Below are positions 51,390-63,779 of a stretch of 64,000 nt of DNA, one piece after another. The stretch lies in the NCBI RefSeq assembly GCF_963921235.1, contig NC_086097.1, positions 53,880,001 to 53,944,000 on the forward strand. Reading direction: 5' to 3'. The position numbers were made by a program, and so were the translations under genes. The first letter of the stretch is position 1. Each line of letters opens with the position of its first letter. Under the pieces are notes generated by a model. It was not told where the DNA came from, made no database searches, and worked only from the letters and a program-made list of their open reading frames with translations. This DNA comes from Mobula hypostoma. Lineage: Eukaryota.

Positions 51390-51695
51390 AATGGTTGCAC
51401 AGTGGTTCACATAGTGTGCTGCGGCATCAGTGATCAGACATCAGGGTTCAATTTCCGCTGGTATCTGTAAGGAGTTTGTATGTTCTCCCTGTGACCATGT
51501 GGGTTTCCTCTGGGAGTTCCGGTTTCCTCCCACATTCCAAAAAGATGTACAGGTTAAGGTTAGTAAGTTGTGGGCATGTTATGTTGATGCCGGAAGCATG
51601 GCAACACCTTTCGGCTGCCCCCAGCACATCGCAAGCAATATATTTCACTGTATCTTTTGATGTTTCAATGTACGTGTGATAAGTAAAGCTAATCA
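51390..51695 (+). mobile_element. V-SINE-like tRNA SINE
   Basis: gggttcaattt; gggtttcctctgggagttccggtttcctcccacattcc V-domain-like core. Confidence 0.75.
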
Positions 51696-51789
51696 CTAAT
51701 GATTTATGCTGGCTGAATTGCTAGGTGACACCACACAACTAGGAAGTTATCATTATTGCATTTCTTTGGGAGGAGAGGATTGATTTTCC

Positions 51790-51976
51790 ACCATAGAGCA
51801 CCAAACTAAAGAGTGTTACATTATTGAATTCCTGGGCAGTCACCTTCAACTTTGCAGGATTCCTCTGTACTGCAAGGGAATGTCAGCCTAGACTGTTGTG
51901 CTCAAGACCCTAAACAGGACTTTAAACCTCACAATCCTCTGACTGAGAAGTAAGAATCTTATTAACTGAGTCACAG
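51790..51976 (-). mobile_element. Ancient Deu-domain SINE 5' part
   Basis: Reverse complement ctgtgactcagtt...cttgagcacaacagtctaggctgacattcccttgcagtac. Confidence 0.55.
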
Positions 51977-53469
51977 TTCAACATCATGTCGGTTTTTATT
52001 TAACATCCAAGGATAGAATCTGTGCTGTGAGATGCTTCACCCAGAATCCTGGCCAGTAAATGAAAAAAAATGGTGTACATATTAGTCTCTCTTAATTCTA
52101 AGTATTAAACTCGTGACCATCTGGTTGTAAAGCCAATATCTTTACTACTGGGATACCATAAAGACAGATCACGATTCATATAAACTCCAGATCTTATTTC
52201 CTGTTTCACATTCTTGACCTATTTTCACATAAGAGCCAAGCCCATAGGTCAGTGGAAATGAAGCTGTCTGGTTTGTTGTCGGCATTTGGCTTATGTCATA
52301 ACAGCAGCCATCAAATGTCAAATGTTTCATTTCTATGTTACTATCATTCAGTTAGTCCTAGATAACCAAAATTCAATGTGCACACATCCAAACCTTTGCA
52401 TATTTAACTCAGGTGTGAAGTGGTCTGCGTTAACTGCTTTCATATACCATTAATTTAATTACTTTACACTCAATTTACAATATTTATTTTTATAATTTTC
52501 ACAAAATGTTGCATCTTTTTTCAATTCTTAGTTTTTCATTGTTTTATTTTTGTTTGTTCCTGTGTTTTAGCTGTTTACTTATTACTGAGTTCTTCATTTG
52601 CAATGTTCATATCATAAACTTGTCTTTAAAGACTCATATATAAATGATCACATCAAGAGTTGAGCTTTTAACTTACATTCAAATCTAATTTAATTTGTTT
52701 GGAGTGATCCAGACAGATGAAAATGCTGTTCTTTTATATAAGGAACTTTTATATGTTCTTTTAGATATAAATTTCACTCTTAAAAATCCAGTGTTCTACT
52801 ATAAAACCAGTTGGGCTGCAAACTAATCTAATTCAAAGGCTGCTATTTTTCTATTACCTTATTGTGTTTGTCTATTGAACTTGTGCAACACCAGACTAAT
52901 GAAATATATACCAATTAATCCTTACATCACATGGAGTTCAAATCTTGTTACTTCAAGATTGGTATCATGGGAGGTTGGAATTGAAATTGGAATTGAAACT
53001 GGAATTGCTTTTGGTTTACTATTGTCACATGAACAGGAACAATTCAATTTCAATTCAGTCTAAATTGTCCTTCAGTCATACATAAATACTCATGAATACA
53101 GCCAAACAAGACAGCGTTACTACGAAGTCAAACATATTACCAACAGTCAGAGTACAACACAAACAAGAACACAATCACAGAATAAAAGAGTCCCGACCCG
53201 ACCCCACCCCCCCCACCCCCATCAGTCAATACAACAGCTTGAGGCCCAGTGCTCACCCATACAAGACAGCAAGCCCATATAGGATATCAGTAAAATAAAA
53301 TGACACAAAATATGCATGTATATAGTCCAGACACCCCAGCCCACTGAGGTCATCAGCCAACCAGCCCCGACGCCCGCAGGGTGACACTGCAGCTTGAGGA
53401 CCAGTCCTTGCATAGACAAGTGCACATAGAATATTAGCAAAAACACAAGCAGTGAAAAGTGTGTATACT

Positions 53470-54345
53470 TTTCATATAGATCATATCATTACACAGTGCA
53501 TTGAGATAGAACAAGGTAAATAATAACAATGCAGAATAAAGTGTAACTGCTACAGAGAAAGTGCAGCACAGTTAAACATTGAACTGTAATATCAATACGG
53601 GGTAAATTATGAGTCAAGAGTCCAGCTTTCTTAGTAGTGAACTATTAACTTCTCTTTTAATAGTGAGGTAGCAGCTGTCCTTCAGCATGGTGTTCTGTGC
53701 TTTCAACCTTCTGTACCTTCTGCCGAGTGGAAGAGGGGAGAATATCCAGAGTGGGAGGGGTCTTTGATAATGCTGACTGCTTTACCGAGACATCGAGAAG
53801 TAGAGGAGGCTGGTTCCATGATGTGCTGAGTTGTGTTGACAACTCTGCAGCTTCTTGTAGCCAGGTGTGGAGGAGTTGCCATTCCAAGCTGTTATGCATC
53901 CAGATAGAATGCTTTCTATGGTGCATCAATACAAATTGGTCAGGGGGCATGCTAAATTTCTTTAGCCTCCTAAAAAGTAGAGGCGTTTAGAGCTTTCTTG
54001 GCCATAACATCTACGTGTTTGAACGAGGACAGGCTATTAACGATGTTTGCTCCAAGGAACTTGAAGCTCTCAACACAGTTGATGTAGACAACAGAATGCG
54101 CACCAGCCCTCTTTCTGAAGTCAATGTTTTGCTGACATTAAGGGAAAGGTTGTTGTCACGGCATCATGCTATTAAGCTCTCTATCTCCTTCCCGTACTCT
54201 GACTCATTGTTATTTGGGATACTACCCACTATGGTGCTTTCATTTACAAACTTGTAAATAGAGTCAGAACAAAATCTGGCTGCTCTGTCACGGGTGTACA
54301 GGGAGTAGAGTAGGGAGCTGAGGATGTAACTTTGTGGAGCACTAG
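53470..54345 (-). mobile_element. Decayed Rex1/Babar 3' fragment
   Basis: Reverse complement gives NNLSLNVSK, IESILSGCITAW, SIIKDP. Confidence 0.7.
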
Positions 54346-54649
54346 TATGTATTTACTCGTGGTGAAGATGAGCACTATTAACTTTTAAACAGCTTTAATG
54401 TGCATTCGAGTTTATGATGAGTTTGAGCACTTTCTAATATTTAATTGAAGGAAGTTTCTACTCAATTTCAATAGTGCTGTGTGAGACTCCTGGCAAGATA
54501 AGTCAGCATGTGTATCAAACTGGTATGATATTTTAAGGTGATCTTGATGTGCAGAAGTTGATGACCAGTAAGTGAGGACCAAGAACAGGTCTTTGTGTGT
54601 GAATACCACAGACAATAATACCATTGTGAGAAGAGAAACCATGTTTACC

Positions 54650-55332
54650 TTGCCATGGTAAACCTCCCCTCAGCCATTAGATTTCTGAACAGACCATAAA
54701 CCCCATGAACACCATCTCATCTTTTACTCTCCTTTTGCCCTGCTTATTTAATATTTTATATATTTTTTTATTGTAACTTAGTCATCTTCCGTCCATGGAC
54801 TCACTTTACACCGCAACGCATGCTGTCAGAGCAGTGCAGCCAGGATAATCAAGGACACGATCCCCCCAGCCAACAGACTTTTCGTCCCTCTTCCCTCCGG
54901 GAGAAGGTTCAGGAGCTTGAAGACTCGTACGGCCAGATTTGGGACAGCTTCCTTCCAACTGTGATAAGACTGCTGAACGGATCCTGACCCGGATCTGAGC
55001 CGTACCCTCCAAATATCCAGACCTGCCTCTCAGTTTTTTTGCACTACCTTACTTCCCATTTTTCTATTTTCTATTTATGATGTATAATTTAAATTTTTAA
55101 TATTTACTAATTTTAACTATTTTTAATATCTTTAATATTTAATATTTGTAATCCAGGGAGTGTGAAGCGCAGAATCAAATATCGCTGTGATGATTGTACG
55201 TTCTAGAACCAATTGTTTGGTGACAATAAAGTGTAAAGTATAAAGTATTTTTTATGTATTATACTGTACTGCTGCTGCAAAACAATAGAAGTTACAACAT
55301 ATGTCAATGATAGTGAACCTGATTTTGATTTT
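54650..55332 (+). mobile_element. Two nested Rex1/Babar 3' ends (inner ~54785-55247)
   Basis: Inner RIIKDT...LFVPLPSGRRFRSLKTRT with (taaagta) tail, inside an older tail ending aacctgattttgatt. Confidence 0.7.
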
Positions 55333-55825
55333 GCACCACTCTCATTCACGGTCCCATATCCCTTGATTCATGAATGTCCATAAATATTTGGGCCTCTGTC
55401 TTGAATATATTGAAACTAAGCCCTTTTAGGTAGATAACTCCAAAGTTTCACTACACTCTGGGAGAAGAATTACATATTATCCCTTTCCTGTATAGCTGAT
55501 GGCTTCTTTTTAGGTCTCTGATTCTGAACACCCAGTTGGGGAAGGGTCATCATTTCTTGCAACTTCTTACTAAACCAAGCTGAAATTAACAAAATGAGGA
55601 TTTTCCAGCTACATAGACACATCAGTTAAAGGTGACTAAAGATAAAATTCCTCTCAACTTGGAACCATTCCAACAAGTACTTTCTGCACTTGAACACCCT
55701 CACACCCTTCCAAGGTGTGGTTACCTGCAATAGTTAGAATACTCCAGTCCATCTAAGGAACTAAACCCTGTCTCTCAAGCCTGGCATAGCCAAAGAGACT
55801 GAAAGCAGTGACTTATTTCTTTAAG

Positions 55826-55962
55826 CAACACACATAAAAAATGCTGATGAACGCAGCAGGCCAGGCAGCATCTATAGGAAGAGGTACAGTCAACATTTTG
55901 GGCCAAGACCATTCGTCAGGACTCAACTTGAATTTCCAGCATCTGCAGAATTCCTCGTGTTT
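55826..55962. mobile_element. 137-bp inverted pLTR-only Penelope insertion
   Basis: Minus pLTR with hammerhead remnant (55826-55923) plus plus-strand 36-nt tail (55927-55962); 15-bp TSD acttatttctttaag at 55811-55825 and 55963-55977. Confidence 0.85.
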
Positions 55963-56537
55963 ACTTATTTCTTTAAGTCACAATTTCAAGGTTTGTCATT
56001 ATTTCTTAATTCTGTAAAGTATGCCTCTGTTTATGAAATACAAGATCTGGTTAACCAGCATCTCGCTTGCCCTGCCACCATTAAGACTATATGCACAAGC
56101 AACCAGACTTCATTGCTCCTGAACTACACTGAAATTTTACCTTTTACAATGCATTGTTTCTTCTCACTCTTCGCAGTAAAGAATATCAGTCAAGAGTGAA
56201 CTCAACATTACGCCTCTCTTGCCTGAAGAAACTCAAGCCATCTTTAGTCCAGTCTGACTGAAAAAAACTCTGAGGCAGCACAAAGCATGAAAAGAACCCA
56301 GAACCTTTTCTGAAACCAAAGCAGAAAATGTTGGGAAAATTCTGCAAATCATGCATTGATAGCATGGTGTCATGCAGGAAAAAGAAGGAGTCAACATTTT
56401 GGGTCTGTGGTAGGTAAGTGGCAGAATGAACAAAAATGTTGACTCTCACTCTGTCCACAAATGCTGCCCGACTTAAGGAAACACAGAAGACTGGAAGAAT
56501 TCAAAGAGTTAAGCAGGAGCAGTCGAGACAAAAGGAG

Positions 56538-56577
56538 TATGTCAATGTTTCAGGTCAAAACCCTTCATCAAGACATA
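56538..56577 (-). ncRNA. Hammerhead motif variant in an old PLE pLTR
   Basis: tatgtc-TTGATGA-AGGGTTTTGACCT-GAAACATT-gacata; 6-bp stem I; first core C changed to T. Confidence 0.55.
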
Positions 56578-56604
56578 GAGGGAGGAGGAAAGATTGCTAA
56601 TATA

Positions 56605-56671
56605 CAGTACAATACAAAAGTCGTAGGCACCTATATATAGCTAGGGTTCCTAAGACTTTTGCAAAATACTG
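56605..56671. mobile_element. 67-bp Tc1/mariner-type MITE
   Basis: cagtacaatacaaaagtcgtaggcacc / ggttcctaagacttttgcaaaatactg imperfect TIRs; TA on both sides. Confidence 0.75.
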
Positions 56672-56966
56672 TATTTGTCAACATGGAGCTGAGTGCAAAT
56701 TTGTAAATCTGGCGGGAGCGAAGGATGTTGGAAATAGCAAGGGTGGAGCTCTGTGGGAGGTGTGTGGTTCAGGTGGCAGAGAAGGAGTGCCAGGGCGAGG
56801 GGTGGTATGGGTGCAGACACACCTAGTCCTGAGACACCAGGCAAGGTCATTTGATTCCAAACAATTGGTTTATTGAACACAAGATACTCTGCAGATGCTG
56901 GGGTCAAAGCAACACTCACAACACGCTGGAGGAACTCAGCAGGTCAGGCAGCATCCGTGGAAACGA

Positions 56967-57006
56967 TCCGTTAACGTTTCGGGCCAGAACCCTTCATCAG
57001 CCCTGA
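56967..57006 (-). ncRNA. Hammerhead motif, core intact, stem I disrupted
   Basis: tcaggg-CTGATGA-AGGGTTCTGGCCC-GAAACGTT-aacgga. Confidence 0.6.
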
Positions 57007-57440
57007 AGAGGGAAGGATCATGGTAGCCACCCACTTCAACTCTGATTCCCATTCCCACTCAGATATGTCCATACGTGGCCTCCTCTACTGCCATGATGAG
57101 GCTAAACTCGGGTTGGAGGAGCAACACCTCATATATCGTCTAAGTAGTCTCCAGCCCCTTGGTATGAACATAGAATTCTCCAACTTCTGGTAATTCACTC
57201 CCCCTCCCTTCCCCTATCCCTATTTCACGTTGCCCCCTCCCCCAGCTGCCTATCACCTCCCTCTTGGTTCCACCTCCTTCTACTACCCATTGTGTTTCCC
57301 CCTATTCCTTCTTCACCTTTCCTGCCTATAACCTCCCTGCCTCCCCTCCCCCACCCCTTTATTTTTCCCCTGGAACCTACTAGCCTTCTCCTTCCCACCC
57401 TCCCCCCACCTTTCTTATAGGGCCTCTGCCCCTTCCCTCT

Positions 57441-57480
57441 TCAGTCCTGACGAAGGGTTCCGGCCCCAAACGTCGACTGA
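57441..57480 (+). ncRNA. Hammerhead motif, 6-bp stem I, one core substitution
   Basis: tcagtc-CTGACGA-AGGGTTCCGGCCC-CAAACGTC-gactga. Confidence 0.6.
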
Positions 57481-57709
57481 TCGTTTCCATGGATGCTGCC
57501 CGACCTGCTGAGTTCCTCCACCGTGCTGTGAGGATTGGTTTATTGATCATTACAGACTGTCTCTCTGGTGCCCTCCCCTTAGCTCCCCTCTCCCTTCCCC
57601 TTTCCCAAACCATGATTCCCCTCTCCCTGCCCCCCTCCCACTCTCAGTCCACAATAGAGACTCTTATCAGAATCAGGTTTATCATCACTCACAGATGTCA
57701 TGAAAGGAA

Positions 57710-58230
57710 GTGACAGATGGAACCAGACAGAGAGAAGATGACGGACATGTGGAACCAGGTGGAGGGAGGGAATAGGAAAGATGAACAAAGAGACAAGCAA
57801 ACTCAGAGGATGGCTGCACATGTGAGTGAGGAGATTGCTGGGCAGTGTGGGCTACCTGAAAATGGAAAATTCAATTTTCATACCATGGGTTTAAGCTACC
57901 TAAGCAGAATATAAATTGTTGTTTTGACAATCTGTGTTTGTTCTCTTCACAGCAACGGAGAAAGCCAAGAACAGACAGATCAGTACAGGAGTCGGAAGGG
58001 GAGTTAAAATTGTATGTTTGAGATGGCCATTGCTAACAGAATGTAGGTTCTCGGCCATATAGTTGCCTGATGTACACATGCTTTTTCCAGTGTAGGGGAG
58101 GCCACATTACTAGCATTGGATTGAAAGCGGTGCAAGTGTACCATTGCTCCACTTGGAAAACCAGCCTCCCTTGTTGAGATTTTCCCAGCACTCTCTGCTT
58201 TTATTACAGATTTGCACTTGTAAATTTTTT
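57710..58230 (-). mobile_element. Old Penelope-like fragment
   Basis: Reverse complement gives FIFCLGSLNPWYEN-like GIY-YIG C-terminal remnant near 57860-57920. Confidence 0.55.
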
Positions 58231-59814
58231 TTGGTTTATTTGACTCAATTCCTCAACAATACTTGCATTTATCTGCTGATTTCTTACTGCAAGTCATTGC
58301 GAGTAAATGTTTAATATTTGATAACAATATTTTTAACTATTTATATTAGCAACACCCCAGGTTATGAAGCACTGTTCACTTTAATATCTAACAGAACTTA
58401 AGATATGGTTGCATGTAGTCCTCTCCACTTAAAAGAAAATAAACAGAAATAAAGTACTATCGGTTACTAAATACTTCTTCAATAAAATTGTGATTGACAA
58501 TAACCCAGCTCTATTTTATATTTGCAGTACCTGGACAGAAAAGTAAATAAAAGGAATGCTTATATTGGCATGTGAAAATGAACAGTTTTAGAAATGTGTG
58601 CTCCACATAAACTGCATCATATTTCAGTTCTTGAGCCCATTCAGATGAACATCTAAATTGTTCTCAAATATTTGCATAGAGGCTTGTGAAAACAATAGTT
58701 ATACAACTGGAGGCACCTTTGCATTCTTTTTGTGATTGTCCACTCTGCTCGCTACTTGTGTGAGACAGTCATCATGTGCTGCCCATACCAGTAAACCTCT
58801 CCCCATTCCTTTCCTCAAAGTGCCTGGGTGATTACAAATTCTAATGCATAATTCAACATCAGTTCACGTATTCATCATCATAATAACAAGGCCAGTAGGA
58901 TTACAGAAGTGTACATCACAAAAGGCCAAATGCGTTTTGGGTCCATTCATTAGATCCAACAGGAACAAAACTAGCAACAAACACTTGGAGGAATTATGAA
59001 TAGTACTAGCTAAAGAAGTTTGAATGAGATGCCTACGTGTACTGAAGTTGTTACGTGAAGAGTTAAATGTGAGAGGGCAACGCTGGCATTTGTGACACTT
59101 TAGTGCTGTTGTTAAAAAAAATTTCACCGTTCATTATTTTAAAATAATGGTGTCTTGTGAATTGGGGTAAACAGGTTTGCAACAGCTGACAACAATAAGG
59201 ACAATTGGTGATGAATAGCTTCCCTTTTTTCTAATAAAGTTACGAAACTTATTTACATGGAACTTTTCCACACCCCTGACATTCTATTTTACACTGGCCA
59301 TGGATACTTCTCCACAAATATCATCTTTCAAACAGTGAGAAACAGGTTAGGTAGACTGCACGCTGTATTGCAAAAATCAAAGGACAAATTGGATCAATTT
59401 GCTCTGGAAAATAATGACTTTACACTAATATATTTGCCCCAAGAGATCCTAGTTCAAAATATCAAAGAATTTTGAATGCAAATTAAGTCACGACAGCCTT
59501 CTGTATTACTTTCAAAGATATTGCACTGGAGGGCAAACACAGCAGCAATACTGACCACACCCAGGATTGAATCAATTCCTATTGCAAATTTATGCTAATT
59601 GTGTTCATTTACGGCTCTTCAAGGAAGTGCTTAAATTTGAGGTGTTTTTTAAGGTGCAAGAAAACCGAACACAAAAGGCTCAATTTTAAATTTACCAAGA
59701 TGAGTGCATTACTTCAAACATGATAAACAGTTCTGTATGGTCTTAAGGTCATTTTTAGTTATTTAAAACCCAGTTACTGATATGTGGCCGGGGCACTGGG
59801 ATAAGTTTTAGATC

Positions 59815-60585
59815 AGGAGGTAGCCACCCACCTCAGTTAGGTCACCCATTCCCACTCTAACATATTGGTTATGTGGAGAAGACCCTCCTCTCCTACTATG
59901 ATGAGGCCACACTCAGATTGGAGCAGTAACGCCTCATATTCCTTCTGGTAGCCTCCAACCTTATGGCATGAAAATTGATTTCTCTAACTGCCGGAAATTT
60001 TACTTTACTTTATTGTCGCCAAACAATTGATACTAGAGCATACAATCATCACAGCGATATTTGAAATTTCTCCACCCTCTTCCTTCTCTCTTTTTCCATT
60101 CACCATCCTGGCTCACCTTTCCCTTTTTCTTCTCCTCACCTCTCTCTGGTGTCTCCCACCCCCTCCCCCCCTTCCCTGGTCCATGTCCTCAGTTCCCCGA
60201 AACGTCCACTGTAATCTTTTCCCAGTTGCTGCCTGGCCTGCTGAGCTCCTCCACCGTTGTGTGTGTGTTTCTCAGATATCCAGCATCTGCATTTTCTCTC
60301 TTGTCCATGTCCTCTCCTATCAGATTCCTCCTTCCTCAGCCCTTCCACCTTCCGGCTCCCAGCTTCGTACCTTATCACCCCTTCCCCACCCACCTTCCCC
60401 CTCACCTGGCTGCACCTATCACTCGCCAGCTGTATTCCTTCCCCTCCCACCAGCTTCTCATTCTGGTTTCTTCCCCCTTCCTTTCAGACCCGATGAAGAG
60501 TCCCAGCCAAAACATTGGCTGTTTAATCCCCCTCCATAGATCCTGACTGATAGCTGAGTTCCTCAAGCATTTGTGTGTGTTGCAT
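59815..60585 (+). mobile_element. Penelope-like 3' fragment with two pLTR remnants
   Basis: EATLRLEQ*RLIF..GSLQPYGMKIDFSN; pLTR pieces at ~60180-60310 and ~60480-60585. Confidence 0.7.
60001..60062 (-). mobile_element. ~60-bp Rex 3' tip inserted in the PLE
   Basis: Reverse complement of ~55175-55245; gaaattt at 59994-60000 and 60063-60069. Confidence 0.75.
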
Positions 60586-60756
60586 CATACAGTTGTATTT
60601 CAGAAATGAATATGGCCTTGCAGTAGTATTATAATACATCAGTTTCTTAGTCTTGTTTGCAGTTTTGTTAACTGCTGAACTTTGAAATTTAGGTTATTTT
60701 TTTCTCATATAAATATCCTGCATTCACGCTGAATGTGCCTAATACTGTGGTTTAAT

Positions 60757-61370
60757 CAACACACATCAAAGTTGCTGGTGAACGCAGCAGGCCAGGCAGC
60801 ATCTCTAGGAAGAGGTACAGTCGACGTTTCAGGCCAAGACCCTTTGTCAGGACTAACTGAAGGAAGAGTTAGTAAGAGATTTGAAAGTGGGAGGGGGAGG
60901 CGGAGATCCAAAATGATAGGAGAAGACAGGAGGGGGAGGGATAGAGCCAAGAGCTGGACAGGTGATTGGCAAAAGGGATACGAGAGGATCATGGGACAGG
61001 AGGCCCAGGGAGAAGGAAAAGGGGGAGGGGGTGAAAAACCCAGAGGATGGGCAAGGGGTATAGTCAGAGGGACAGAGGGAGAAAGAGGAGAGTGAGAGAA
61101 AGAATGTGTGTATATAAATAACGGATGGGGTACGAGGGGGAGGTGGGGCATTAGCGGAAGTTAGAGAAGTCAAGGTTCATGCCATCAGGTTGGAGGCTAC
61201 CCAGACAGAATATAAGGTGTTGTTCCTCCAACCTGAGTGTGGCTTCATCTTTACAGTAGAGGAGGCCGTGGATAGATATGTCAGAATGGGAATGATATGT
61301 GGAATTAAAATGTGTGACCACTGGGAGATCCTGCTTTCTCTGGCGGACAGAGTGTAGGTGTTCAGCAAAT
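60757..61370 (-). mobile_element. Young Penelope-like 3' fragment with pLTR
   Basis: Same family as 27345-28065; 12-bp TSD ctgtggtttaat at 60745-60756 and 61371-61382. Confidence 0.9.
60819..60854 (-). ncRNA. Hammerhead motif, one core substitution
   Basis: agtc-CTGACAA-AGGGTCTTGGCCT-GAAACGTC-gact (CpG decay at G8). Confidence 0.6.
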
Positions 61371-61704
61371 CTGTGGTTTAATGTTCATTTTGCCAAAAGG
61401 CTCATGGACAGCTTCTGTTATCAGAATATATGATAAGATGGACTCTTGGCCTCAGAATCTATCTCGTTATGATCCTGCACTTTATCATTTACTTGTACTG
61501 CACTTTTTCTGGTAGCTTTTAGACTTTATTCTGCATTGTTATTGTTTTACCTTAATCTAGCTCAATGCACTGTGGGATGACTTGGTCTGTATATACTGTA
61601 AGCAGTAGGCAAGACCAAGCTTTTCACTGAACATTTGACAAAAATAACAAACCAAAACCAATTCTGTATGAAGCTGAAATACTTTAGTGGGACAGTGATA
61701 GGGC

Positions 61705-62010
61705 TGGTATGGTGGCAGCCTCATTTCCAGTGACCTCGCTTCAATTCTGACTTCTGATGCTGTCCTTGCTGAGTTTGCACCTTCATTCTATAAGAGAGTA
61801 GGCCTCTAGTCTCCTGCAACATTCCTAAAATGTGTCAGCTGGTAGGTTTATTGGCTGCTGTAGATTGCCCCTGGTGTGTCGTTGTGTGATAGAATCAAGG
61901 GAGTGGTTGAGTGGGGAGATTAAAGAAAAAGGCAATCAATTTGAAAGGGTGCTAAGTGATAGATGGGCCAACAGGCCTGGTTCCATGCTGTATGACTTTA
62001 TCTTTCTATT
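61705..62010 (+). mobile_element. Decayed HE1-like SINE with CR1-type tail
   Basis: ttcaattctgacttc head, aggtttattggctgctgtagattgcccctgg body, gatgggcc...ggcctggttccatgctgtatgac CR1-like tail. Confidence 0.55.
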
Positions 62011-63014
62011 TCTGGTAGACTCTCATAATTTAAAAATAATTTTAATTCCCACTTTGGAGAGCTGGTATGATTACTCTTTTCATCAGCTGTTTATCACTTG
62101 GCTGAGTCCAGTCTCCAACAATGTAGGAAATAGTTGAATTCTGGTGTAAAGATTTATGGAGTCTTCTTCAACCACTGTGTAATTATTTTATCCTACCTTC
62201 CTTTCACTACTCGACTATGTTTGAGCTTGTAATCTTGTCATGTTGATAACTTGAAGGGTTTGTGCTCTATATTGAATATATGAGCTCTAATGAAGTATAT
62301 TATTCTGTAATTCACATGCATTCATAATCAAATGCAACCCACCAGAGGTTAAATTTCATCCCCACTGTCTTCTTCACATTGTTAGTACATTTGCATTTCT
62401 GACCCCACGTATTGTTAAGATTTTAATTATGCAGAATACATAAGATTTCACAAGTAAGCTCATGATTGCGCTGTTTCCCAAGGAATTGATCCCTTGAATC
62501 CCAAGATGGAGTGACATTATGAAGGGCCCACATCAAATAATCTTGTTTTGTTGAAACCTACAATGTAAATTCATACAGTGGAGCATCTGTTTAACAATTC
62601 ACTACAGCAGTCCAGAGTTTGCTTAAGAGTGGACACAGCTAAAGCAGACAGAATTCATGACTGAAACTACAGCAATAAAAGCAGAGTGCAGCAGCCAAAG
62701 CAGAAATCACTCCGATAAACATGGAGTGAATAAAAGCAGAGCAATTCCTTCAGCAACAAATTATGGATATAAAATCAATTCCAGTCACTTTCAATCTGAT
62801 TTACAGATTTGATTGACAGAGCAAATGGGTGAATAAATTGTAGAATTAAAGCCTCTTAATTGTGGGATGTCAGAAGATCAAGAGCCCTATCAAAAAGTTG
62901 TGGTATTAAATAGAATCCTGACTTTTGCCAGCTTCCTCCCACTCCCAGCTGGATATATTAAGAATCTGTATATATTTCTAAGCTGCCCTTTACAACTGGA
63001 ACATTCAATTGGCT

Positions 63015-63327
63015 TCAATTGGTACATTTAATGTCAGAGAAATGTATACAATATACATCCTGACATTCTTTTTCTTCGCAAACATCTACAAAAACAGAGG
63101 AGTGCCCCAAAGAATGAATGACAGTTAAATGATAGAAACCCCAAAGCCCCCCAGCTCCCCCCTCCCATGCACAAGCAGCAGCAAGGCAATAACCCCCCCC
63201 TTCCCCCACCAGCAAAAAAAACATCGGTGCCCCCCACCGAGCCCTCAAGCATGCAGCAAAGCATCAATGAAGACACAGACTTGAAGTACCCCAAAGACTA
63301 TTCATTCACCCGGTATTCAACATACCA

Positions 63328-63396
<69 letters not shown>

Positions 63397-63712
63397 ATAA
63401 GGGAAAAAGAGGTTTCCCCATTTCACAGCGAAAGGGGAGACATAACAAAACAACTCGCTGACTTATGGTGTTAAAAGCCTGTTGCATTGCTTTTTCCGAA
63501 CTCTGTGCCCAAAGAACTCAGGTCTTTGGGCACACAGCCAGCAGCCAGCCTGCTGCTTCCGATCTTCCGTGTTCTCCCGCGATGCATCAGTTGGCGGCAC
63601 CAGCCTTGAATCAGCCTGCCTCCACAGTCACGAAAATCTGGCACCCTGAAGGCACACGAGTCTTCCAGGCCTCGTCCTACAAATATCAAAAAGCGGCCGG
63701 TCGTGAGGCCCT
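63015..63712 (-). mobile_element. Non-coding, CpG-containing non-autonomous repeat
   Basis: LINE-like tail at 63015-63090 and GC-rich body; family not identified. Confidence 0.5.
63332..63395. repeat. (CT)n microsatellite
   Basis: 32 perfect units. Confidence 0.95.
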
Positions 63713-63779
63713 GTGCCATTGCTCAGAATTTACTATATTCAGAAATTTTAGTCAATAAAGATCAGCAGAGTTGGGATTG

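Larger units (their letters stand above)
56877..57533. mobile_element. Penelope-like element (second family), inverted pLTR arrangement
   Basis: Minus pLTR 56877-57016; plus arm with VATHFNS...GLEEQHLIYRLSSLQPLGMNIEFSNF; 13-bp TSD attggtttattga at 56864-56876 and 57534-57546. Confidence 0.9.

Noticed and set aside
58528..58542. Possible 15-nt plus-strand microexon
   Set aside because: Weak donor (AAA|gtaaat); expected by chance
60027..61173. Several overlapping Pro/Ser/Leu- or Gly/Arg-rich ORFs
   Set aside because: Compositional artefacts of purine/pyrimidine-skewed PLE UTRs; the same applies to 6342-6958 and 27292-27670
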